Made by a program: the position numbers and the translations under genes. This document shows positions 1 through 9,068 of a stretch of 37,162 nucleotides of DNA, in pieces; positions within the stretch are counted from its first letter, which is position 1; each line of letters opens with the position of its first letter. The stretch lies in assembly GCA_001642005.1 (NCBI GenBank), contig LWCA01000241.1:1-37162 (forward strand). The letters are read 5' to 3'. The notes below the pieces were generated by a model. That model did not search any database. It was given only the letters and a program-made list of their open reading frames with translations, and was not told the origin of the DNA. The stretch is from Intoshia linei (Eukaryota > Animalia > Orthonectida).

Positions 1-447
1 AATGATTAAGTCTTGTTGCAATTTATAATCATTACAGCCCCATATCAACTGCTGATTGATTCTGTCCTTGCCCTCGAATGGACATTTGTACGCCTGATTT
101 GTTAATCTGTTAAAGAAGCTTTCATAGGGCTCAGTCGCCTCTCGTTTCATTGATTGAAACTTTATAGCTTCAAACATTTGGTTGGATGTCTGCCACCTGG
201 AAATTTCCAATTTTATGGAAGCAACAGACCTTTCAGTTTTCACGTTTGAGTCAAGACGCTGTCTTGCTATTCTTCCTATGAAGGATTTCATCAACAAAGC
301 CTTTTGCTTCGCCTATAATTCATTTTTGGCATCAATAAGTGAGATATATTCATCAAATTCAGAAATCCAAGTTTTCACATCAACATTGAATTCTTCTACG
401 TCGTTTAACAAAGCTTTCGGTTTCAAAATAATATCAGATAGCTGCAT
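1..447 (-). pseudogene. Ty3/gypsy-type LTR retrotransposon gag, disrupted by an in-frame TAG at 313-315; runs off the window
   Basis: Manual minus-strand translation from ATG at 447: MQLSDIILKPKALLNDVEEFNVDVKTWISEFDEYISLIDAKNEL*AKQKALLMKSFIG...FQSMKREATEPYESFFNRLTNQAYKCPFEGKDRINQQLIWGCNDYKLQQDLII. This fits the gypsy gag pattern W..F..Y / K..LL...IG / F....Q..E....F..RL...A..C.F....I..QL..G..D..L...L. Confidence 0.8.
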
Positions 448-472
448 TGAAATAAATTTGATAAGTTGAATT

Positions 473-614
473 TGTAGTATAATTAGTAAGATTTAAATAA
501 ATAATATAGAAAGAGCTTTTAATAGAACAAATAAATTCAATTTAGGTTGATAATATAGATAAATAACAATCAATCTCATCTTCAATCTTCATAGTGATAT
601 TATATATCACTACA
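473..614 (-). mobile_element. Candidate short (142 bp) 5' LTR of the gypsy element
   Basis: Bounded by inverted TGTAGT (473-478) and ACTACA (609-614). It lies 25 nt upstream of the gag ATG and has a minus-strand ATTAAA (518-523) about 45 nt before its end. The second LTR would be outside the window, so this is unconfirmed. Confidence 0.5.
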
Positions 615-722
615 TGAACATTGTTTTTCAGTGCAAAATTACCAAATTAGAATGCAGTATTAGAGTATCATGAAAAATAAAAAAATAATCAGTTGTCAAA
701 GTAATTACAAAATAAACTAAAA

Positions 723-2090
723 ATGGAATTGAATGAAAAAGTAATTAGAGATAAGTCTAATAAATTAAAAAAACCAAAAAGAAAATTATTCAGACAACAT
801 GCCCACGATAATCCATTATTGAAAAATTTTAATCATTACAAGTAAATAATATATTCATCACCTATATGTTTATTAATATGTGATTATATCTAAAATATAG
901 ACCAAAGTTGAACGAGTCAGTGGAACTTGATCTTTTTTTTAATAAACCTTTAATTGACGATAAAATTACGGTAGTTTAATTGATTTTTCAAATTTTAATT
1001 ATACTTTAAGGTAATTGATGTGGGTTGTGGATATGGAGCATTTCTAGGTACATAACAGTATGCTGTTCATTTCAGTGGTTCTTAAGAATTTTAACCAGGT
1101 CCGTGTAAAATGTGTGTTTTTTGTGTATCAACTTTAATTTTAATTTTCTTTACTATAATTAGTCACGATCAGCATTTCTTTACTTTCTTACTAAACGTAT
1201 ACAAACCCTGAACACCTAAAAACTAATAATTTGTTAATCCAATTAATGTGCATTACAAGTTAAATATAATTTTTTGTCATAATGATCCCTCATTCTGAAA
1301 ATTTTTATTGACACCAAGTGTGCATATTGACCACTTTTGGACCCCTTTGTTGAGGCAGTGTGTTTATTGATAACTATGTTGATGCAGTTTTTATAAAGGA
1401 CCGTAACTATTAAAAATGTTGGGAATCACATGTCAATCTTTAACAAAATTTTCTTAACTGCTAAATATAAATATATTAGTAAAACTGTCGCAACTTTTCC
1501 CCAAAAAATTATGGTAAATATTTATAAAATTTATGAACATTTAAATAGTCTTGGATTAGAAATTAGGTCTAAAGTTTATCAATACACAAAACTTCTCGTA
1601 GAATCACATAAATCAAACGATATGTGCCACAATATTGGCGTTTGTAGGACAAATGTCATGCTTCATATTAGCAACATGTTTCAAAAAAATCAGGTAAAAT
1701 ACTTTATATTTTGCAATTTTATTAGTTAGAACACATTTTTATTCTGTACCCGGACCCACATTTTAAAGCTTGTAAACGACGTATGCGAATTATAAGCGAT
1801 TGTATGGTTGCAGAGTACGCCTACTTGTTGAAAAAAGGAGTACGAACGTATTTTTCGGTTAAAATATTTATACCTAGGGATTGATATACAACGTAACAGA
1901 TGTTGAAGAATATCACGAATATGCGAAAACCGTATTTTCAAGAAACAAATTGTTTGATAGAATGGATCAAGAAATGAAGGAATATAAAGAAATTTTCCAC
2001 ATTATAAAATATGCAACAGACGAAAGCCAAAAATTAAATAAACGCTCAACTAAACCGACTCGTTTTGGCCTCATTTATAGAAGAATATAA
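723..2090 (+). CDS. METTL1: tRNA (guanine-N7)-methyltransferase catalytic subunit (METTL1/Trm8), 7 exons: 723-841, 901-970, 1011-1047, 1480-1513, 1549-1693, 1726-1839, 1878-2090
   Basis: The spliced translation has KPKRKLFRQHAHDNP, the SAM motif VIDVGCGYGAFL, LGLEIRSKV, RTNVM, ILYPDPHFK..KRRMRII..EYAYLLKKGGLIYNVTDV and TDESQK. All introns are GT-AG and keep the frame. Confidence 0.95.
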
Positions 2091-2137
2091 ATTAATACAC
2101 ATTGTAAATTATAAACTTTAATAAATTATACGATAGG

Positions 2138-3076
2138 TTATTTATAAATCGGCCTTAAGGAACAGATAAGTGTAATTGCAATAAGTAATCCAAACACCTA
2201 AACATTTTTAAAATACACATAAAGTAAAAATTACTTGAAAGCCCGCTACTCCAAAGCCAATGTAAATAAATATATATCCATATTTGTTGACAAATTCATT
2301 TATTTTATCGTCACAGCCCTAAAATATAAATTTATAAAAATTAAAGTGAAGGTTTTACGCTATGGTTAACGAAGGTAGGAATGCGATTTGAACATTGATC
2401 CCAATCTAATATATTTTCCTTTTCAATTTTACATCTTGAATCGTCCTTCAGTACACAACAAGACGGCACAATTTTCTAAAAAAAATTAAATTGTAATTAA
2501 GAAATTATACAACATCTACATCGTCTGGTCCATCAATTCCGCAGCATTTTAACTAATAAAAAGTTATGTAAAATTATAAAAATAAATTCAACCTCTGATT
2601 GAATAATATCTCTAAATTCCAATGAAGTGGGTTCATTAAAAGGTTTAGTGAGCATTTTTATTGCCTAAATTGTTATTAATTGGCAATTTCAGTAAACGTA
2701 CATCTTCTTTGAATAAAATTGCCATAACTCCTACGGCTAATTCGGATAATAGTATGAGCACAATTATGATTATATATATGGCTATAAAGACTTGATTTTT
2801 TTTAAGTGCTCCGAAATATCCAATAAATCCTATAATTATGGAAAAAGCAGATATTCCGATAAGCAGGTAGGATATTATAGACATTGAAGCCATTCCAATC
2901 AAATCTGTTTCGCATAATTTAAATGATAGATACGGGTCTACCATTATCCAAATGGATAATCCCAGCATGCATATTCCGGCTAACTAGTACAATTAAACAT
3001 TATTATTTATAATTACCCAAAATAGAAAGTTGAAAAATATTAAAGAAAATCTAGCAAATTGGACAAAAAAACCCAT
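2138..3076 (-). CDS. Tetraspanin (multi-exon)
   Basis: Starts MGFFVQFARFSLIFFNFLFW, then TM segments (ORF 2645-2968), the LKCCGIDGPDD (CCG) motif near 2525-2553, VPSCC near 2455-2470, and a final TM ...VFGLLIAITLICSLRPIYK* with stop at 2138-2140. Confidence 0.93.
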
Positions 3077-3619
3077 AATAACGATTAGTTGCGCAATGAA
3101 ATGTACTCGTGCTAAGTGAGCATAGTAATTAATGAAACTTGCAGATCAATAACACCAATGCATATTAAATTTCTATTTCTGCTGCGCATACCAGCTCGCT
3201 ACAAATATTTAATTAATTTCACCATTTACACGCATACTGTTGACTCCGGCGGTTAGATTAACTACGTACTTGGTTTGACCTATTTATTTAGTTACAAATT
3301 ATTGATTATTCTAGAGCAATCTTGTTTGTCACTTTACATATTTATATTTCTAAACCAGTTAGTTATAACTAAACCACTACAATACCATAATTATGATTAT
3401 AATTATCACATTATTTTCTTATTTTTAGACTTCCTGTCTCGGCACAGGACAATGGAGAGAGTGACAAGGGCCAAATTGCCCGGGTCTACAATTATGAGAG
3501 ATCTAATATTCTAATTTAGGTAACTAGTAATGTTAGAAAATTTCTTAAGATAAAATTCTGATGACCAATATAATTTCCAACTATTATTTTTAATTTTGAG
3601 AATATTCTTAATCTCAATT

Positions 3620-4170
3620 ATTTTTACTAAAATCCAACCATTTTTACTTAAATCCAATCATTTTTACTAAAACTCCACTTTTACCAATTTTTAAGGAAAA
3701 ATCCAAATTTCACCAACCCTTATGGTAAAACCCATTTTTACCAATCTTTAATGAAAAAATCCAGTTTTATATACACTTAAGGGAATAATCCACTTTTACC
3801 AATCTTTAATGGAAAAATCCAGTTTTACTAATCCTTAAGGGAAAACTCCATGTTTACAAACCCCTAAGGAAAAACCCCATTTTTCCCAACCCTTATGGGA
3901 ATACCCACTTTTACCAACCTTTAATGGAAAAATTGAGTTTTACCTACTCTTAAGGGAATAATTCACTTTTACCAACCTTAATAAAAAAATCTGATGCTTC
4001 CGGGATAACTTGTTTATCAGTAATCTTTCTATTTGAGAACTTCATTTTGTTTTGTTGGTGATATTGAGTTTTTATGGGATACTCCGAAATTCTGTAAAAG
4101 TGGATTTTTCCCTTAACGGTTGGTAAAACTAAAATTTTCCTTTCAGGGTTGGTAAAACTGGAATTTTTCT
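3620..4170. repeat. Degenerate 29-bp minisatellite: about 11 direct copies at 3678-3993 and about 3 inverted copies at 4092-4170
   Basis: The unit (about TTTTACCAATCTTTAATGGAAAAATCCAG) can be read repeatedly. Reverse-complement units such as AAAAGTGGATTTTTCCCTTAACGGTTGGTAAAA occur from about 4096. Confidence 0.8.
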
Positions 4171-5138
4171 CGATTATAAGAAGTTTTATTATATTCGAGA
4201 GTAGAAGGAAAAATGCTTATAATCAAAAACAACAGACTTTTAAGCATACCTTGAAAAATATAAAGAATACACTAAAAGTTTTCTTTTATATTTTAAGAAC
4301 TCGTTAAATTTGTATTAACTTACATCTTGGGTATTCTCAAAATCTATTTGTTTGAGATAAAACTTATAAATTAAATAAATAACAATGTAGTATTATTTTT
4401 TGTTTAATTATTATTTCTGTTGATTCTTAATAAAGAAATTAATAATACTAAATAAAGATTTTTAAATACTTAACAATGTAAATACATCATTGATAATGAG
4501 TACATTGAAAATATTAAAAACACGTCCGAATCACCTTATCTTAATCAATTTTTTGTTGCTTTTAAAAAATTTGAAATTCAGATTACTTTCAACGAATTGC
4601 ATACACAACATATTGTATATGGTGAAAACAAAATTTTTAAATTAGACATTCTATTGTATGAAGAACATTATTTTTTAAAACTAAATTGATATGTTGTCTA
4701 TTTTTTGTTTAAAGTTCTTTATTTCGGATACAAGCAGAAACTGCTTATTAACTTTATTTATTAACTTTACTTATTAACTGCAAATTTTATTTAGTATAAT
4801 CGAAAAAAGACAGTAAGCCTCTTTGATTGTGAATATTTTCATTTCTGAGATAGGTAGAGTCGTAGAGAGGAAGGCTAGGGCATGCAAGGAGTCCTAATAT
4901 TCTAAATAAGTCATTCTCAACGTGGTCCACAGTAAAATTGATAAATAAAAAACAGACTCAAGGATCACACTCATTTGTAATATGTTCATTTTTATAAATT
5001 ATAATTATTTATTAATAATAAACTACATTTCTAACCGTTTTCGTATTTCATTAAGTCTATATGTAATTTAATTAATAATATTTTGTTAAAGTGCGCCGGT
5101 TGAAAAAAGGTTGAGAAACATTGATCTATTTGCTATAA

Positions 5139-6466
5139 CAGGGATGGGCAACTTTCTGTGATAGCGGGCCGGACAAATAAATTTTAAGAATTTTTGGTTT
5201 GAATATATTTATTTTAAATTTTTATTATACAAAATAAAATTTACAGTTTTTATGACAAATGTCATTATATCGTTAAGTTTCATCGATTTTCCACTTAATT
5301 CTTCTTGATAAATTATACAATGAAAGTTTTTTAGAGAAATTGAAATGTTTTCATTTTCTAAATGTTCTTGCATTAAATTTACAATTCATTTTTTTGAGCC
5401 TATCATAGATGGAGCACCGTCCGTAGTAAGCCCAACAAATTAACATTTGTTAAGATTTGCTTTTGAGATCATTTTCATTATTGCATCAAAGATGTCTCTT
5501 CCAGTGCAATTCCCTTTCAATTAAATTCTAACAACAATAAACTAAAACTAAAAACAAAAAAATTCTTCAAGAATTTCAAATTTGTAATTTACGCCTCTGA
5601 CAAAAACTCCAACTTGGGCACTTTAATAAACTCTCCATCAGATACCGATTTCATGCGTTGAGCAATCAATTTTGAAATAACATAACTCATTAGTATTATT
5701 TTTATCTATGTACCCATCCTATTCGTGAATAGGGTTACCAACATTAAGTTATTCTCAACCCGAATTTTTGAGCGAAGCGTGTTATTTTTTTTGTTATTTA
5801 AATAATTTTTTAGGCCCTCTTTTACTTTGGGGTCTCTTTTTGAAAAAATAATCAAAATTTACACATCTTATACATCAAATACAGTTGCTTATTTATCCAA
5901 TAATCCAATAATAAAATATGTCTGATCTGATAATTTTAATTGAAATAATTAGATTACCCTGAAAAATATCACTTAACCCTGAACCCTGAGTTGAATTTGA
6001 AAAGCCGAAGTCTCAAAAGAAAAATAATGCAGTTGGCAAATCTATTCGTGAATAAAATAGCATGTTTTTTTTAATTTATTAAATTTGTCTAATCTCAAAT
6101 TTCCATGAATTTTTTGAAATGTCGATTTATGTTTGCTTTCATAATGAAACTTGATGTTATTCACTTTATTAACAGCACATTTTCTTGGCAGATTACACCA
6201 ACAGGTTTGTTGTAGTGCTCCATAAAATAATATTCTAATTCCCATAATTTTTGGAAAATTCTGCATTTAGAGTCCACTTTTCTTTTTTTGATTGTTTTGC
6301 TTATTTAAGACGACAAAATATATTACTATGTAAATTTTTAATCTCTTAATGTTAATTTTAATTATAATGTACAACTTAGAATTTTAAATTAAAAAATAAT
6401 TTTTATAATAAAAATTATTTCGGGCCGGATCTAAACACCTCGCGGGCCGTATGTTGCTCATCCCTT
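5139..6466 (-). mobile_element. Decayed Buster/SPIN (GTF2IRD2-like) hAT transposon with transposase remnants
   Basis: TIRs CAGGGATGGGCAAC (5139) and GTTGCTCATCCCTT (ends 6466). Flanks TGCTATAA and CGCTAGAA match at 6/8 and fit nnnTAnnn. Minus-strand remnants include KRKVDSKCRIFQKLWELEYYF..ICQE..NIKFHYESKH, AQVGVFVRGV, LKGNCTGRDIF, TTDGAPSMIG and FHCIIYQE, with stops and frameshifts. Confidence 0.9.
5730..6044. mobile_element. 315-bp hAT-type MITE nested in the SPIN-like element
   Basis: TIRs TAGGGTTACCAAC and GTTGGCAAATCTA. Perfect 8-bp TSD TTCGTGAA at 5722-5729 and 6045-6052. Confidence 0.85.
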
Positions 6467-6549
6467 CGCTAGAACGTTATACTCTTAATAATTTATTTAC
6501 GTTTTAAGTGTATTATTTTGTTATCGGAGTTTAACAGCAGTTTAAGTTA

Positions 6550-6759
6550 AATTATCGGACAGTTGTTGTTGATAATAAAAAAAGAATTTGCCGAAAATGT
6601 CGATTTTGATGCAGTTGTTGAAAAAGTTAGTAAAATGAAAACTAGAAAAAAATATAAATTGTTGTAAATATAAAAATTCAAATTTAAATACATTATATGC
6701 AGAGTTTAGCCCCTAATAATTATTTCGGCCCCTGTCTGAAAATCCTAGATCCGATACTG
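6550..6759 (+). mobile_element. 3' end of an hAT (ZMYM1-like transposase) element
   Basis: Encodes LIIKKEFAENVDFDAVVEKVSKMKTRKK, typical of the C-terminus of ZMYM1-like hAT transposases. Ends ...CCCCTGTCTGAAAATCCTAGATCCGATACTG, which matches the start of the element at 21229 in reverse orientation. Confidence 0.65.
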
Positions 6760-7119
6760 ATTGAGATGTATGATTGTAGAAGACAATAATCAGACTTACT
6801 AAATAATATTTATTTAGTTTAAGAGTATATTAATTGATTTATTTGAATTACTAAATCAATAAGTAGTTAATCATATTGTGAAAACTTTTTATTGAATTTC
6901 ATATTTTGATAGTATAAATCATGTACTATCATGTCTGTTTTGTACTGCGATCAAATAAATGCTACAATATTTATATCCACAAATGCTGCTATAATAGATC
7001 TGCTGAAGGTGATCAATATCATTATAATATATTATTTTTTTACTAATATTCAATTTATAATAAATAATTATAATTATTGATAATAGTTATACAACATGAA
7101 ATTATACATTCACAGTCGT

Positions 7120-7430
7120 ATTCAAGACATGACCTCAGGGTATCGAGTAAATTTTAGAAATTTTATAAAAATTGGCTCCTTATTTTTCTAAATTAAGCAT
7201 TGAAAACAATATTTTTAAATATCCATGAATCATAATAACTATTTTCTTTTCGTTTAAAGTGCATGTTAAAGGCACGCAGAAAGGGTAACTAGAGGAAAAG
7301 CCGAACTTATCTAGCTTGAATCCACCCAAAATGAAAAAACCGAAGTAATTAATGAATGATCTTTCGCCCATATCTCTTTATTGGAGATGTGTAGAAGTTT
7401 GTGCAAAATTTTTTCAAAATTGTAGGATGA
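7120..7430 (+). pseudogene. Possible decayed non-LTR (LINE) reverse-transcriptase fragment
   Basis: Frameshifted reading KAELI*..PKMKKPK*LMNDLSPISL..VEVCAKFF resembles the RT-proximal K.A.V.P.PK...P....NDLRPISL....KV.E.F motif. Confidence 0.35.
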
Positions 7431-7789
7431 ATATTTACATTTTTAATAATACATAAATGTCAATCCAAAAATTTGAAAAATATTGGTTGATATATAATAT
7501 ATATTAAAAGTTATTTTTGACTGGAAATTCGTAGATTTCTGTGGTTAAAATTTTGTATATATCAGGTGGAATAAGCTGTATCTGAATAAATTTTTTTTAA
7601 TTTGTAAGAACGTTAATTATTTCAAATGTTTTGTTTCAAATAACAATGTTAATAAAATAAAATGTAGTTTCAAAATAAAAAAATGAATACTAAAGTGTTT
7701 TTTGGTCGTGAAGGCGTCACTTTGTCAGATGGAAATTTTTGTGTGTGTGTAAACTAGATATAACTGTATCATCTGTACTTTTTTCAAAT

Positions 7790-8262
7790 TCTAGGGCTGA
7801 TTTCATTTTTTAAAAAAAGGGTAATCAGGGATTTTGATCGTGAAAATGCAATTTTTGAGGTTGCCTTTTATGACAATGCTTATGATTTTAAAAATTATCA
7901 TAGAATTTAAGTTTTTTAAAAATTTAGGACATGTTTCATTTTTAAAACAAAGGGTAATATGTGGTTTTAACCATGAACGTATGCGTTTCTGCGGTTAAGA
8001 TTGACGACAATGTTAATGATTTTACAACCCGTCACAGAATTTATGTTTTATTATATTTTTTGGGCTGATTGTATTTTTAAACAAAAGGAAAAATTGGGTT
8101 TTTGACCACAAAGAACTTAAATTCGGAAACTGAAAAATAAAATAAAAAACACGCTCCAGGAAAAAAAATATTAGACATTGGGTTTTTTAGATACTACAAA
8201 TGTCAATTCTTTAAATAAACTGTAACAGACACACACAAACATTTAATTTTATACATGTAAAG
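7790..8262 (-). repeat. Helitron-like interspersed repeat with about three ~133-bp internal subrepeats; relatives at about 17200-17470, 20690-20950 and 30879-31170
   Basis: A block like GGGCTGATTTCATTTT..AAAGGGTAAT..GGTTTTGA..TGACAATGTT..TGATTTT recurs at about 7795, 7927 and 8062. It ends ACAGACACACACAAACATT..., similar to the reverse complement of 30879-30930. Confidence 0.5.
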
Positions 8263-8630
8263 AATCATTCAAAAATATGATTTTTTGAAATCTTTAAATT
8301 TTGAAAAATGTTTAGTCGAGACACGAAGAAGGTTCTGGGTTTAACATGGAATTTTACAGAAAGCAGAATATTTTAAATTTTGACTTTTTGATGTTTTTAG
8401 GGGCGTATTTTTCATTTTCGAGTGATCTGGAGCTTGGTAGATGGCTGATTTAGTTGAGTAATTAAATTAAAAATTAGAAGTGTCATCTTGTTACACTTTT
8501 AATTTTATTCATTACCATATTGTAAAAAAATGAACAATAATTTAGTATAATTGTAGGTTAAATTCCGATACACTAAAAATAAATGGAACATAACATTATT
8601 TATTGTAATTAGCCACTGTAACCCATAAAC

Positions 8631-8640
8631 AAAATGGCGC
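8631..8640 (+). promoter_or_regulatory. YY1-like motif (AAAATGGCG) about 430 bp upstream of the CEP135 ATG
   Basis: Exact match to the AANATGGCG consensus in AT-rich DNA. Function is inferred only. Confidence 0.25.
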
Positions 8641-9068
8641 TATATGAGATTTGACGAATTAATTTGTACAGATATGTGTTTATTTTTTGTTTAATTTGCA
8701 TGATCTCATTTTGTTAATGTGGAGATTTTAATTATTAAAATACATCAAATTGGTAATACATTTAATACTTGTATATTTTATTATTTTCCATTTTTTAATT
8801 ATAATTCAATTACAATTTTATTCAATTTTCTTGGTAAATGAGTGCAAGTTTTTATATTTTTACATTGTTAATAAATTTCAATTTAACATTGATTTTTTTA
8901 TCTATTTTCCATCATTAGTGCATTTTGATGTATCAATGGTAGAATAGAATGATACTAAAAAAACATAATTTTGTAATTTTATTTGTAACATTCTATAAAT
9001 TGGAGGTTTAGTAATTTCAAGATTTACTAATCTCATAATTCTTAAGTTTAATTGATTTATTTTAGAAA

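Noticed and set aside
313-315. In-frame TAG in gag as programmed readthrough or an alternative genetic code
   Set aside because: It lies early in gag rather than at a gag-pol junction, and the host genes translate cleanly with the standard code. Simple decay is more likely.
182-469. 95-aa + strand ORF
   Set aside because: It is the antisense shadow of the minus-strand gag.
1430-1941. ORFs 1430-1729 (+) and 1726-1941 (-) as independent genes
   Set aside because: The first is a METTL1 exon plus intron read-through; the second is antisense to METTL1.
3678-3993. 29-bp repeats as a CRISPR array
   Set aside because: The units are contiguous and degenerate with no unique spacers, there are no cas genes, and the context is eukaryotic.
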